DNA of 64,000 nucleotides from a bacterium (lineage in GTDB: Bacteria > Zixibacteria > MSB-5A5 > GN15 > FEB-12), in assembly GCA_043811375.1 (NCBI GenBank), contig JBDRNJ010000027.1, forward strand, positions 15,539 through 79,538, given 5' to 3'. A program made the position numbers and the translations under genes. The notes beneath the pieces are model-generated. The model did not search any database. It had not been told where the DNA came from and saw only the letters and a list, made by a program, of their open reading frames with translations. Of the stretch, positions 48,085 to 59,639 are shown in pieces (the stretch's first letter is position 1; each line of letters begins with the position of its first letter).

Positions 48085-49818
48085 TTACTCGGAAGCGCCG
48101 GTGGTGTCGACAGTGGTATACTTACTCATATCAATTGTCGACCAGAGGACATCCTCGTTGACGATGATTTCCGTTGATTGTCGACGGTCCTCCACCCAGG
48201 CTGCAAAAACTTCTTTTTTACGCTCATCCGTCAAACTCTGGATAATACTTCGCTTCTGCCCCAGGTAATCCTTCAGTTGCGAATCTACCTTGTCAACGAC
48301 GTAAAAGAGCACGTATTTTCCATCTTGATTGTGTACCGGACCACCGATGCCGCCAATAGGAGTTTTCCAAGCTGCGTCAAAAACGGCCGGAAACCATCGT
48401 CTCTCGATATAACCTAAATCACCGCCGCCAATGCGTTTGCCCGACCGTTCGGTATTATTGGAAGCAATTTCCTTAAAGGCTTCCAGTGACCGCACTCCCT
48501 TCTTGAGACGTTTAGCCTTGAGTTCATCACTGAGAAGCATCTCGTGGATATGAATCTTGGCCTGTTCCGTAAAAAGCTCCTGATTATCATCGTAGTATTG
48601 ACGCACAGTAGCTTCGTCAGGTGCAGGGGGAGCCGGCAATGAGTCGTCTTTCATTATCTCCGCCATAGCCAGTTCCTTGAAAAAGCGGATCTGATCAACA
48701 TAGTCAGGGTCGTTGTCTATTCCCTCCCGATGGGCTTCAACAATCAGGATGTTATTGACATTCAGCCGGAAGATAGTGGCTGCCAGGGAATCATAGTCAT
48801 CGAAATCCGGCCGCACATTGAGAGGAATACTCTTTCCGGCCAGGTCAAGGTACTTCCCCAGAGACATCTGACCGCCATCCCAGGTCCCCAGAATGAGCTC
48901 CTTTTCATTACGGTCAAGTTGTTCCTGATCGAAATCGTTGCGAGGCAGGCCGGCCAGCACTGTCGGGGGATAGAGAACTTCACGCTTGTGCATCAGGTAC
49001 TCACAAGTGGAATTATCAATAGTGACCTGATAGCGAGTCTTGATTTCTTCAAAGTACTGTTCACCGAAACGATTAGATTTCTGCCGTGTTACCTGATCCA
49101 CCAGCGAGGATCTCATAGCTTCGTAGCTGGATCGTTGTTCATTGGGAAGTCGATCCACTACTTTGATGATATGGTAACCATACCTGGATTTCACCGGCGG
49201 CGACACCTCGCCGGGCTCCATGGCAAAGGCAGCCCGCTGAAACTCATCAATCATCGTGCCCCAAATAAAGAAACCGAGATCGCCACGGTTTTTCTGGGCA
49301 GATTTATCCTCGGAATGGTTGTAGGCCAGCATCTCAAAACTCTCACCGTTGCTGATCTGTTCCACCAGTTGGGCGGCCAGCCCCGAATCCTTCACGAGGA
49401 TATGGGAAGCCTTAACCTTATATTCGAGGCGATTGTAATATTCCTTCAACTCCGCTTCCGACGGCACCGAGCGGTCACCAATCTTGCGCTCCAGGAGCGT
49501 GGCGATCAGGAACTTGTCCTTGTTGGCCAGAACTACCCGTGATAGTTCCTCCAATTGGTCGATGTTCTTTTCGTAGGCGGTCTGAATCAGAAGCCGGGTA
49601 ATTATGGCGCTGTCGAGCGCCATTTGTCGAGTTGAGAATTCATCTTCGGCAGTGGGAAACTGGAAGCTGAACCCGTACGTTTTTTCGAACTCCTCCAGCC
49701 TGATTTCATAATCTCCAACTACCGCCACAACGTCGCCGCCCGATTTGCCGCATCCGGTCAGCAGGCTGCCGGCCATGATGCCGATCACAATTAAATAATG
49801 AAAATATCTAAAGCACAT
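48085..49818 (-). CDS. Parvulin-type PPIase lipoprotein
   Basis: Lipobox LTGC, ASHILV, RGDLG, YGYHIIKV. Confidence 0.88.
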   Translation of the reverse strand: MCFRYFHYLIVIGIMAGSLLTGCGKSGGDVVAVVGDYEIRLEEFEKTYGFSFQFPTAEDEFSTRQMALDSAIITRLLIQTAYEKNIDQLEELSRVVLANKDKFLIATLLERKIGDRSVPSEAELKEYYNRLEYKVKASHILVKDSGLAAQLVEQISNGESFEMLAYNHSEDKSAQKNRGDLGFFIWGTMIDEFQRAAFAMEPGEVSPPVKSRYGYHIIKVVDRLPNEQRSSYEAMRSSLVDQVTRQKSNRFGEQYFEEIKTRYQVTIDNSTCEYLMHKREVLYPPTVLAGLPRNDFDQEQLDRNEKELILGTWDGGQMSLGKYLDLAGKSIPLNVRPDFDDYDSLAATIFRLNVNNILIVEAHREGIDNDPDYVDQIRFFKELAMAEIMKDDSLPAPPAPDEATVRQYYDDNQELFTEQAKIHIHEMLLSDELKAKRLKKGVRSLEAFKEIASNNTERSGKRIGGGDLGYIERRWFPAVFDAAWKTPIGGIGGPVHNQDGKYVLFYVVDKVDSQLKDYLGQKRSIIQSLTDERKKEVFAAWVEDRRQSTEIIVNEDVLWSTIDMSKYTTVDTTGASE

Positions 49819-49960
49819 TGGCTATAAATCCTCCAGGGTTTTCAGTTTGTACCTTTTATCCATCGTCCGGTTCCTATAGAATGTCACCCGAACTCGCTAT
49901 TATAACTGATGAGGGAAGTTGCAACAAGTGCTTTGTGGCAGCCGTGATCGCCACCGGTGC

Positions 49961-50932
49961 CTACTCAAAGTCTGATTCAAGGTACTCCAGGGAGGAAGAA
50001 TGGCGACTCAGGCGCTGCGATAGCTTCTCAGAAAACTCTATAGCCGAGTTTTTGCCGTAGACCTTCAGCATATGGTCCATGGCAATCACCTCGGATATCA
50101 CAGTGATATTTTTGCCGGGGGAGACCGGAACGCGTACATAGGGAATTTCAACTCCCAGGTGGGAGGTTCGTTTATCCTCAACCCCCAGCCGCTCATATTC
50201 TTCCGTTTCCGACCACAGGGCCAGATTCACCTCCACTTCGATTCGCTTCTGCAACCGAATGGACCGGATACCGAACAACTCCTGAACATCGATAATGCCG
50301 ACCCCGCGAATCTCCATGTGGTGTCCTAACAGCTCAGCGCCGGTGCCGATGATGACGTCGGCACCTCGCTTATAGATCCTGACAACGTCATCAGCTACCA
50401 GGCGGTGGCCGCGTTCCACCAGGTCGAGTGCCACCTCTGATTTCCCAACCCCCGACTTGCCGGTGTAAAGTAAGCCTACTCCGTAAACATCAACCAGAGT
50501 GCCATGTACCGTGATGGACGGAGCGAATATCTGGTCCAGATGTGCCGAAAGTCGGTTGATTAGCTCCACGGTAGTAAGTCGGCTGGAGAATATCACCGTG
50601 TGCAGAGCGTTTGCGGCATCCATAAATTCCTGGCGAGGTATGATGCCCTTTGAAATGAGTACCATCGGGATGTCGCGCTCGAACAACTGGCGGGATATTT
50701 CCGTCAGACGCTCACTCGACAGCCGGCTCAGGTAAGCCATCTCGGTCTCTCCCAGAACCTGGATGCGTTTGTGCGAAAAACGTTCAAAGAACCCAGTCAG
50801 AGCCAGTCCCGGTCGATGCAGGTCAGGATGCTGAATGACCTTCTTCATCCCGGCCTGGTCACTGTTGAGAACCGTCAGTTCCAGTTCCTGGATGCGAATA
50901 CTAAACAGTTTTTCAACGGCAATGCCTGGCAT
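49961..50932 (-). CDS. hprK: HPr kinase/phosphorylase
   Basis: RPGLALTGF, GKSGVGKSE, LVADD, EIRGVGII. Confidence 0.96.
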   Translation of the reverse strand: MPGIAVEKLFSIRIQELELTVLNSDQAGMKKVIQHPDLHRPGLALTGFFERFSHKRIQVLGETEMAYLSRLSSERLTEISRQLFERDIPMVLISKGIIPRQEFMDAANALHTVIFSSRLTTVELINRLSAHLDQIFAPSITVHGTLVDVYGVGLLYTGKSGVGKSEVALDLVERGHRLVADDVVRIYKRGADVIIGTGAELLGHHMEIRGVGIIDVQELFGIRSIRLQKRIEVEVNLALWSETEEYERLGVEDKRTSHLGVEIPYVRVPVSPGKNITVISEVIAMDHMLKVYGKNSAIEFSEKLSQRLSRHSSSLEYLESDFE

Positions 50933-51090
50933 AGTAGAATCAATATACGGATATTGAACTGAGTCGGACAACAAACAAAATTGACAAAAAAAGACCCGGT
51001 TTCAAACCGAGCCTTGCCGCCCGCTCGGCGGCCGCCGAGCGGGTATCTGTTCACCACCGGCAGGGCGTTTTTCGTCGGGCCGGACTCCGT

Positions 51091-52107
51091 TCAATCGAGC
51101 TTCTCGCGTATCTCCTGTATCTCTTTGCTGAGAGCTTTCAATTCCTTCTTCAGTTGTTTCAGCTCAATTTTAAGATCATCCTTTATTTCTTTCTTCAGAT
51201 GCACGTTGTCATCGGAGTCAATGTAATAACGCAGGGCCGGGACAGACTTCGGAATGTGTCGGAGCCGGGACAGATCAGGCAGGTCGATGTCAATATCGGG
51301 GATGTCAAAATCAAAGTCTATGTTGTGTTTCAGAGTAGTCGTCAGATCATCACTTTCACCCACTTCGACGGTGAGTTCGGTTTTCTTGCGGTCGCGGAGA
51401 ACCGTTAACTTGACCTTGTCACCAGCTTCCCGCTCCAGAATTGCCTTCTGAACATTTTCAGAATCGAATATCCTCTCGTCGTCAACGGCCACAATCACGT
51501 CCCCGGCTTTCAAACCGGCTTCTTCTGACGGGGACCCCTCGATGATTTCAGTTATCAGGGCACCGCGTCCCTTGTCGGCGCCGAAGAAATCACCCAGTTG
51601 TTGGCTGAGATCGGACAGCTGGACTCCGATATATGGATGTTCTTTAGTACCAGAGCGATAGATAAAGAAATCCTTATCATCAGGAGTCTTCGAATGCCAC
51701 TTTAACTTTTTGAAGCTGCGGGCCGGTTTTTTACCCAGCGTGACCTTCAGTTCCATCTTGTCGTTATCGCGAATAATTTGAAACGTCACATCATCTCCGG
51801 GATAAGCATCGGTGATGGCTTCGATAAGGTCGTCGGAATCCCTGATTTTCGATCCATTAAAGCCGATAATGATGTCATCCTCCCGCAAACCGGCCTTTTC
51901 GGCAGGTGAATCCTCGACAATGCCGTTGACAAAGGCGCCGTTTTTGACCGAAAGGTCATTGTCACTGGCCAGGTTTCTGTCGACGGTCTGTGTGTAGACA
52001 CCCAGCCAGGCGGTTTTACTTCCTTTGGATGACTTGGCTGTCAGCGGGCTGACCAACAGCGCTGCTACCACTACGACAGCAATGGACAGGTAGCATAGTT
52101 TCTTCAT
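51091..52107 (-). CDS. Secreted tandem-PDZ protein
   Basis: Signal peptide, [16 protein letters not shown] twice. Confidence 0.88.
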   Translation of the reverse strand: MKKLCYLSIAVVVVAALLVSPLTAKSSKGSKTAWLGVYTQTVDRNLASDNDLSVKNGAFVNGIVEDSPAEKAGLREDDIIIGFNGSKIRDSDDLIEAITDAYPGDDVTFQIIRDNDKMELKVTLGKKPARSFKKLKWHSKTPDDKDFFIYRSGTKEHPYIGVQLSDLSQQLGDFFGADKGRGALITEIIEGSPSEEAGLKAGDVIVAVDDERIFDSENVQKAILEREAGDKVKLTVLRDRKKTELTVEVGESDDLTTTLKHNIDFDFDIPDIDIDLPDLSRLRHIPKSVPALRYYIDSDDNVHLKKEIKDDLKIELKQLKKELKALSKEIQEIREKLD

Positions 52108-52356
52108 CTTGACCTCCATTCTGAATTACTCTTTATACTTATGTTGCTTATACGTCAAGAAATGATGCTGGGTTTCAGATCACTGTCTTTCTGCCGTGAT
52201 GGGCAGAAGCTGCCGACCCGAATAAAACAGACACAAACCGGCATCAATCCAAGGAGCAGACCGGCGGCACCGGAAGATTCACTCAATAGTCGCCATCCCG
52301 TTGACGGCGACCGGGCGGAGGTGTATATTCGGCTTTTGGGATTGACAGGAGGTAGT

Positions 52357-54597
52357 GTGGAGACAGCATATCAACAACCGGCAGTGACCGAGGGAATGGT
52401 CCGTCAGCACGGGCTGAGTGAATCGGAGTATCAGCGTATTAAGGAGATTCTCGGCCGCCGACCGAGTTACACAGAGTTAGGCATTTTCTCCGTCATGTGG
52501 TCGGAGCATTGTTCATATAAGAGCTCGATTGCCCTGTTGAAGACCCTGCCGCGAGAAGGCGACAGCCTGCTGGCCAAAGCCGGTGAAGAGAACGCCGGCG
52601 CGGTGGATATTGGTGACGGTCTGGCGGTTGTGTTTAAGATCGAATCGCACAACAATCCTTCAGCGGTGGAACCCTACCAGGGCGCCGCCACCGGTGTGGG
52701 CGGTATCCTGCGGGACATCTTCACGATGGGCGCCCGCCCGATAGCCTGCCTGAACTCACTGCGCTTTGGATCACCGGAGAATCCACGGGTTCGGTACCTT
52801 ATTGACGGCGTCGTACGCGGTATCGGCGACTACGGCAACTCTTTCGGGGTGCCGACCGTTGCCGGGGAAGTCTATTTCGACGAAGCCTACACCGGCAACC
52901 CGCTGATCAACGCTATGGCAGTGGGCATTGTCAGGACCGATCGCATGGCTTCCGCCGTGGCTCGCGGCGCCGGCAATTCACTCATGATTGTCGGTTCCAA
53001 AACCGGCCGGGACGGTATCCATGGGGCGACTTTCGCTTCCGAAGAACTCACTGAGGCGTCGCAGGAAAAACGGCCATCCGTGCAGATAGGTGATCCCTTC
53101 ACCGAGAAGCTGCTGGTGGAAGCCACTCTCGAAATCATAGAGAAAGATCTTATTGTTGGTATCCAGGATATGGGGGCAGCCGGGATTACTTGCTCCAGTG
53201 CGGAGATGTCGGCCAAGGGTGAGTCGGGGGTAATGATTGACATAGACAAAGTCCCGGTTCGTGAGCCGGGTATGACCCCCTATGAGATTCTGTTGTCGGA
53301 GTCTCAGGAGCGGATGCTGGTCTGTGTCAAGGAGGGTCGGGAGGACGATATTCGCCGTGTTTTCGACAAATGGGACCTTAATTCCACCGTCATCGGCCAT
53401 GTTACCGACGATGGTTTGATGACGGTCCGTCTCCACGGCGAAATTGTAGCGCAGATTCCATCTGAAGTACTGGTTCTGGGTGGCGGCGCGCCGGTCTATC
53501 ACCTCGATACAAAACGTCCAACCGACAGCGAAAGAACCGCTGATCTTGATCTGAGTGAACTCTCCCCGGACCAGAATTTCAACGACGTCCTGCGCAGGAT
53601 GCTGGCGGCGCCCAACATCTGCCACAAGGGATGGGTTTTCGACCAGTATGATTCCATGGTGCGTACCAACACGGCGGTTGGTCCCGGATCGGACGCGGCG
53701 GTGCTGCGCCTTCGCAAGACCGGCAAGGCGCTGGCTATGGCCACCGACTGCAACGGCCGTTACTGCTACCTTAACCCGCGCCTCGGCGCTGTCGGCGCGG
53801 TGGCGGAGGCGGCCCGCAACATTGTCTGTTCCGGTGGACGTCCGCTGGCCGTGACCAATTGTCTCAATTTCGGCAACCCTTACAAACCGGAAATTTACTA
53901 CGCTTTCGCCGAGGCGGTGGCCGGTATGGGTGAAGCTTGCCGGGTGCTTGACACTCCCGTGACCGGCGGCAATGTCTCTTTTTACAATGAAGATCCCCAA
54001 ACAGCCGTCTTCCCGACACCGACCATCGGTATGGTGGGGCTGATTGATGATGTCAGACATATAACCACCCAGTGGTTTAAGGACGAACAGGACGTCGTCC
54101 TCCTGCTGGGGCGAAACCTGGAGCATTTGGGCGCGTCCGAGTACCTGTATACGGTATTTGGCCGTTCTGTCGGCAGTGTGCCGCCACTTGACCTGGAGTT
54201 TGAGAAACGCCTGCAGGAGGTACTGCTTTCAGCCATCAGGTCGGGACTGGTCAGGTCTGCTCATGATTGCTCCGACGGCGGAATGGCGGTGGCCTTGGCC
54301 GAATGCTGTATCTCCAACCGCGAACGGCAACAGGGGGCGACTATCAAGTTGAGTGACGACATTCGCACCGACTGCCTGCTGTTTGGCGAGGCACAGTCAC
54401 GTGTTATCATCAGTGTCCCTCCCGACCAGGCTGAGGCTGCAACCAGGCTCTTCTCTGAAAAAGAGGTTCCCTGTACTCGCATCGGGACTGTCGGTGGAAC
54501 CCGCCTGACCATTAACGGTTGGATAGACGCCGATCTGTCTGAGCTGTCTGAGGCTTATTTTGATGCTTTACCGCGCCTGATGGAAGCAGTGCGCTAG
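52357..54597 (+). CDS. purL: Phosphoribosylformylglycinamidine synthase II
   Basis: [48 protein letters not shown]. Confidence 0.97.
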   Translation: METAYQQPAVTEGMVRQHGLSESEYQRIKEILGRRPSYTELGIFSVMWSEHCSYKSSIALLKTLPREGDSLLAKAGEENAGAVDIGDGLAVVFKIESHNNPSAVEPYQGAATGVGGILRDIFTMGARPIACLNSLRFGSPENPRVRYLIDGVVRGIGDYGNSFGVPTVAGEVYFDEAYTGNPLINAMAVGIVRTDRMASAVARGAGNSLMIVGSKTGRDGIHGATFASEELTEASQEKRPSVQIGDPFTEKLLVEATLEIIEKDLIVGIQDMGAAGITCSSAEMSAKGESGVMIDIDKVPVREPGMTPYEILLSESQERMLVCVKEGREDDIRRVFDKWDLNSTVIGHVTDDGLMTVRLHGEIVAQIPSEVLVLGGGAPVYHLDTKRPTDSERTADLDLSELSPDQNFNDVLRRMLAAPNICHKGWVFDQYDSMVRTNTAVGPGSDAAVLRLRKTGKALAMATDCNGRYCYLNPRLGAVGAVAEAARNIVCSGGRPLAVTNCLNFGNPYKPEIYYAFAEAVAGMGEACRVLDTPVTGGNVSFYNEDPQTAVFPTPTIGMVGLIDDVRHITTQWFKDEQDVVLLLGRNLEHLGASEYLYTVFGRSVGSVPPLDLEFEKRLQEVLLSAIRSGLVRSAHDCSDGGMAVALAECCISNRERQQGATIKLSDDIRTDCLLFGEAQSRVIISVPPDQAEAATRLFSEKEVPCTRIGTVGGTRLTINGWIDADLSELSEAYFDALPRLMEAVR

Positions 54598-54608
54598 GCA
54601 GTACGACG

Positions 54609-56354
54609 TTACAGGCGTTTCAGGACAATCATTGTAAGATCGTCGAAAGTATGTTCGGGTGACGCGAAACGCTTCACTTCATCGTGCACGATATCCAGGA
54701 TTTCCTGCGACGTCCGCTCCCGACACTTCCGCACCACTGTAATCAACTGCTTGACGCCGAATTCGCCTCCTTCGCTGTCAAATACTTCGGTGACACCGTC
54801 GGTGTAGAAGATTACCACGTCACCCGACTGCAGCACCAGTGGTCGTTCTTCGTAAACGGCGTTCGGGCTGATACCCAGTACCTGACCGCCCTCTTTGAGA
54901 TACTCAATCTCGCCGTTGCCGTGGAGCAACACCGGGCGATCGTGACCGCAATTGGCAAAGGTGAGGATGTGGTTCTTGGAGTCCAGCACGCCATAGACAG
55001 CGGTGACGAAGTTGCCCAGTTGCATCGATTCACATAACAGGTTGTTGACCTTGCCGCATATGGTGCGGATGGCGTAGTTGTTGCGAATCTCGGCAATCAT
55101 CGAAGCCCGAAACGAAGCCATTATGAGCGCTGCCGGAATACCCTTGCCGGAGACGTCAGCAATGGCAATACCGGTGTGGTGGTCGACAATATTGATGAAG
55201 TCGTAGTAGTCGCCACCGACCTGCTCGGACGATATATTGCGTCCTGCTATATCGTAGCCGGGGATGGACGGGTCGGATACGGGCAGGAAGCTGCGCTGAA
55301 TCTCGCGGGCTATATTAAGTTGCTGCTTGAGCTTCTGACCGGAAAGAAGCTGTTCGTGGAGACGGGCTCGTTCAATTGAAATTGCCGCCTGCGAAGCAAA
55401 AGCCGACAACGCCGATACATGGTAGCCGTTGTAAGCGTTAAGCGAATCCGATTCCAGGTTGATACCGCCAATAACCCGATCATCCAGTATCACCGGTACG
55501 GTAACCTCACTGCGGGTGGCCGGCCGGGCGTTGTAGTAGCGATCATCTGCCGCAACGTCGGGAACGATAACCGGCTCACCGGAATCGGCCACGTGCCCCA
55601 CCAGCCCCTGGCCAACTTTGAGGTGCAAGTGGGATTCGCGATCAGGATCATAACCCACCGCAAACACGGAGTCGATGTTGCTGGTGTCCGGATCGACCAG
55701 ATAGATCCCGCCGGCATCGTAGTCGACCACACGCTTGAGTGAACTGAGTATCTCGCGCAGCACTTCATCGAGGGTCAGTGAGCTGGAGAGTTTCTTGCCG
55801 ATCTCGTAAAGGAGATTCTTTTCCAGGGCCTCCCGTTTTACCGCGCGATACAGGGCGGCGTTGTCGATCGCCACCGCGATCTGGTTGGCCAGACCGATCA
55901 GGACATCGAGATCACTGTCGGTAAACTCGCCCTCCCGTTTGTTGACGGCCTCGATAACGCCGATCATCTGGCCTTTGCCGATCAACGGCACCGTCACCAG
56001 TGATCGCATGTTGATACCGCTCTGCCTTTCGATCTCCTGATCGGTTCTCGGGTCGCTGGCAGTGTCGTTGACAATCACCGGTTCGCGAAAACGGGCCACC
56101 CAACCGAGCACACCCTGGCCAACTTCACGGTTGAACCTGGTTACCGTGTCGTCGCCGGCGCGCAGGAAGCGGATTTTCATATCGGTGCGATTATGATCGA
56201 CCCGGAAGACCAGGGCCGCCTCGGCATCGACCGCCGCCATTGCCAGTCGCAGCACCTGCTCGATAAGTTCCTCGTAGTCGAGCGTGGAGTTGAACCGCCG
56301 GGCCGCTTCCAATAGCAGCTTTTCGGTTTTGGTATGGTGCGATGAATCGGTCAT
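54609..56354 (-). CDS. GAF-GAF-PP2C (SpoIIE/RsbU-like) phosphatase
   Basis: VGGDYYD, IADVSGKG, YTDGVTE, DDLT. Confidence 0.93.
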   Translation of the reverse strand: MTDSSHHTKTEKLLLEAARRFNSTLDYEELIEQVLRLAMAAVDAEAALVFRVDHNRTDMKIRFLRAGDDTVTRFNREVGQGVLGWVARFREPVIVNDTASDPRTDQEIERQSGINMRSLVTVPLIGKGQMIGVIEAVNKREGEFTDSDLDVLIGLANQIAVAIDNAALYRAVKREALEKNLLYEIGKKLSSSLTLDEVLREILSSLKRVVDYDAGGIYLVDPDTSNIDSVFAVGYDPDRESHLHLKVGQGLVGHVADSGEPVIVPDVAADDRYYNARPATRSEVTVPVILDDRVIGGINLESDSLNAYNGYHVSALSAFASQAAISIERARLHEQLLSGQKLKQQLNIAREIQRSFLPVSDPSIPGYDIAGRNISSEQVGGDYYDFINIVDHHTGIAIADVSGKGIPAALIMASFRASMIAEIRNNYAIRTICGKVNNLLCESMQLGNFVTAVYGVLDSKNHILTFANCGHDRPVLLHGNGEIEYLKEGGQVLGISPNAVYEERPLVLQSGDVVIFYTDGVTEVFDSEGGEFGVKQLITVVRKCRERTSQEILDIVHDEVKRFASPEHTFDDLTMIVLKRL

Positions 56355-56375
56355 TTGGATGGGTAAGGTAATGGT

Positions 56376-58481
56376 TTACGGGGATTTGTCAAACGGGATG
56401 GGGTAAAGATTCAGGAACTGTTTGAGCTGCGGGTGGAAGTTGAGCAGACTGTCGATGTAGCTGCTGTCGAGACCTCTATTCAAAGCAAGTTTATACACTT
56501 CACCAGCTCTGGCATAATCTCCACGCTCCAAGTGCAGGCTCGCCAATGTCTTGATGTCGCCGAGAGGCACATCGGAACGAGTAATCACTTTCGAGTAATA
56601 ATGGGAGTACTCACTCCACCGTTTTCTTAGCGCATAAAAGTGAACCAGGTTAAATAGTGGCTGATACCGAGCGGTATCGAGAGCTACCGCCTTGATTAAG
56701 GGTTTCTCGGCTTTGTCCAGATTGCCTGACATCATATATGCGACCCCCAGATCACTCAGGAAGCCTGCGTTATAAGGATTCAAGCCATTGGCTATTGTCA
56801 TGTACTCAAGTGCTTCATCGAATCGTCCCAGGTACCAGTTACACTTACCCAGATTCTGCCAGGCATCAGCGTACAGGGCGTTTGCTGCTAAAACACGACC
56901 GAGGAGTGGAATCGCCTGACGGACGCGGCCACGGTTTAGAAGTACACGGGCACTGTCGCTGAGGCTCATTTCTGGAAAGTCGTCATACCATCGCTGATTC
57001 TCAGCCTGTGCTTGTGCTAGGTCACCAGCTTTCTCGAAGAAGTCGATTAGCAGCCACCTGGACGTTCTGTTCTTCACCCTGTCTAGTTGGCAGTGGTGCT
57101 TGAAATGGGCAATGGAAACACTCGACATTAACTGACCTACGGCCCTCGGGTAGAGGGACAATAGACCCAAAACTGACAGCATGACACATGTCAAAGCGTA
57201 TGACCGAACAAGCTGACGGTTCTCCAGTATCAGGTGAAAGCTGAGGAGGACCAGCGGCACTCCTGCAAAAGCAAATAAATCCCAGTCGCGCGGCATACCG
57301 AGTTTGGGGTCAAAAATAAAAACTGCTCCAATGCATGAAGCGGCCAAAATCAGCAGATATCGGAAGTCTTCTCGACGAGCTATCTTCCTCAAGGGTACGG
57401 AGAATAACGCTGCAATCACGACGGGCAAACCGGGCAGCAACAACACAAGGAGATTGATCAAGTCCACGAGGTGCCTCAGGGAGAACAGAGTGTAACCTTC
57501 AGCAGTAAATCTGTTTTGGACTATAGGCAGAAGGGCAAGCTGGAAGTAGAAGCTGACTGAGTAATAGTGGTACATGACTGTCAGCAGTATGAGGCCAACA
57601 ACAAACGACATTAGCACTTTTGTCTTAATACTCAAGCGACGAATGGCGTTGCCAACCGGTGAATCCAGAAGTAGCAGGTAAGCAGCACTTGGGATCAGTG
57701 TCACACCGAGAATGTGAAGGAACACTGCCAGCATCAGTGGCGGCAAGATTAACCATTTACTGATCTTTTTCCGGGTTGCCAGTAACCCGAGTAACGAATA
57801 GACAGCTACCGATAACACAAAGAGTGAGTAGTTTTCTACGTAGCCAAAAAAGAGCAACATGTAGCCGCCTGAACAAAGTCCAAGCCAGAACAGCAGCCGG
57901 TCCGTCGTCCGCTCAAACAGTGATTTGCCAACCGCACCCACGGTAATCAGAAACAAGATACCGGATGAAATTGAAATGATCTGGAAACTAAGGAGGGCAG
58001 CGTTTTCACCACCTACCCCAACAGCGGATTTCATCCAGATATGCGCAAGAGCTTCGCCCAATTCTCTGGTTTTTACGAGCGGATTCTCCTGAGCGAGAAG
58101 CGACAGTACAGTATAGCCATCCCCCAGAAAATGTGTCCGGGCACGCAGGAAATAGAAGGCCAGCCCAAAGAGCAGAGTCAGGCCGAGTACCAGCCAGACG
58201 TATTTCTTGTTATTCTTACTCGTCTGATCCCGTCCGGGAATCCAACTGACAGCGAAAGGAATGACAGCCCCCAAGCCAAACAGCACCAGAGGGACGTAAG
58301 TCGGGAAGTAGGCCCAGATGTTAATCCCCCACACCCGGTACTGCGGGAAGAACGATGCCACCAGGAAGGCCGTCAGGATGGCGTAGTAGGCCACGAGCAC
58401 TGCGGTCGTTGGCATTCTTGTCTGGCGAGTCGAGTCAGTCATCTGGATAATCAATGTAAGGAGTCGGACATTTATGTCCAA
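56376..58481 (-). CDS. Polytopic membrane protein with C-terminal TPRs
   Basis: HFLGDG, GYVENY, RDWDLF, TPR repeats; start uncertain. Confidence 0.8.
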   Translation of the reverse strand: MDINVRLLTLIIQMTDSTRQTRMPTTAVLVAYYAILTAFLVASFFPQYRVWGINIWAYFPTYVPLVLFGLGAVIPFAVSWIPGRDQTSKNNKKYVWLVLGLTLLFGLAFYFLRARTHFLGDGYTVLSLLAQENPLVKTRELGEALAHIWMKSAVGVGGENAALLSFQIISISSGILFLITVGAVGKSLFERTTDRLLFWLGLCSGGYMLLFFGYVENYSLFVLSVAVYSLLGLLATRKKISKWLILPPLMLAVFLHILGVTLIPSAAYLLLLDSPVGNAIRRLSIKTKVLMSFVVGLILLTVMYHYYSVSFYFQLALLPIVQNRFTAEGYTLFSLRHLVDLINLLVLLLPGLPVVIAALFSVPLRKIARREDFRYLLILAASCIGAVFIFDPKLGMPRDWDLFAFAGVPLVLLSFHLILENRQLVRSYALTCVMLSVLGLLSLYPRAVGQLMSSVSIAHFKHHCQLDRVKNRTSRWLLIDFFEKAGDLAQAQAENQRWYDDFPEMSLSDSARVLLNRGRVRQAIPLLGRVLAANALYADAWQNLGKCNWYLGRFDEALEYMTIANGLNPYNAGFLSDLGVAYMMSGNLDKAEKPLIKAVALDTARYQPLFNLVHFYALRKRWSEYSHYYSKVITRSDVPLGDIKTLASLHLERGDYARAGEVYKLALNRGLDSSYIDSLLNFHPQLKQFLNLYPIPFDKSP

Positions 58482-58564
58482 AGTATTAGTAGCTGCGGAG
58501 GCAGTGGGTGTAGTTTATTTTCCATTGTTGCCAATGTAAAGGTACGGTATTACATTAGCTCGGT

Positions 58565-59620
58565 ATGGATGATAAGCGTCGTGAAACACAGATTAAGCTC
58601 ACCGCCGAAGTAAGTTGCTCCGGTTGAGCGTCTAAACTGGCGCCAAAGTTTTTGGCGGAGGCATTAGAGAAACTGCCCCCGGTGTACCATCCGGATTTGC
58701 TGGTTGGTTTCAGTCAGGCCGACGATGCCGGGGTGTATCGCATCAATGACCGGCAGGCGCTGGTGCAGACGGTTGACTTCTTCCCGCCAATCGTGGATGA
58801 TCCGTATGATTTCGGACGCATCGCCGCCGCCAACGCGCTGTCGGATATTTATGCCATGGGTGGAAGGCCGTTGACAGCGCTGAACATCGTCTGTTTCCCG
58901 TCATCGGATATGCCGTCAGAAATACTGGTGCAATTGTTACGGGGCGCGGGGGAGAAGATCGAGGAGGCCGGAGCGGTGGTGGTTGGCGGTCATTCGATCA
59001 AGGACAAGGAACTCAAGTACGGCATTGCCGTTACCGGGCTGATTGATCCGGAGAAAATCATCACCAACTCCCGGGCGCGCGCTGGAGACCGGCTGTACCT
59101 GACCAAACCGCTGGGGACCGGCCTGATAACTACCGGCATCAAGAAAAACGCCGTCGATCGTGAACTGATCGCCATTGTCACAGCCCAGATGGCGCAGTTG
59201 AACAGTAAAGCATCAGAGTTGATGATCGCTATGAGTGTTCAGGCCGCCACCGATGTCACCGGTTACGGTTTGTTGGGGCATGCCCTGGAGATAGCGCGGG
59301 CGTCGCGAGTGACTATCAGGATTGATTCCGATTCTCTGCCACTGATGCCGCAGGCGCTGGAACTGGCAGCGGCCGGTATGGCCCCGGGAGGGACCAAAGC
59401 CAACCAGCAGTTCCTTGAGGGACATATCCGGGTCTCTGAGAACGTCGGTGAGCATCTGCTGACGGTGATGTTTGATCCGCAGACTTCCGGCGGTCTTCTG
59501 ATGGCAGTGCCGCAAGACCGGGCAAAGCGATTTGAGCAGGAAGCGGCGAAACGAAAAATCTTCGCTCAGTGCATCGGTCAGGTGGAATCTCCGGGTGAAG
59601 TCCCCATTTTGGTAGAGTGA
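58565..59620 (+). CDS. selD: Selenide, water dikinase; selenoprotein form with in-frame UGA at 58625-58627
   Basis: [17 protein letters not shown] in frame with [31 protein letters not shown]. Confidence 0.95.
58641..58657 (+). promoter_or_regulatory. Candidate bacterial SECIS hairpin
   Basis: CGCCAAA-GTT-TTTGGCG beginning 13 nt after the UGA. Confidence 0.6.
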
Positions 59621-59639
59621 GCCTTACAGGGATTAACGG

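Noticed and set aside
52978..54126. 382-aa antisense ORF and similar ORFs opposite core genes
   Set aside because: Codon-bias shadows of purL and other GC-rich genes.
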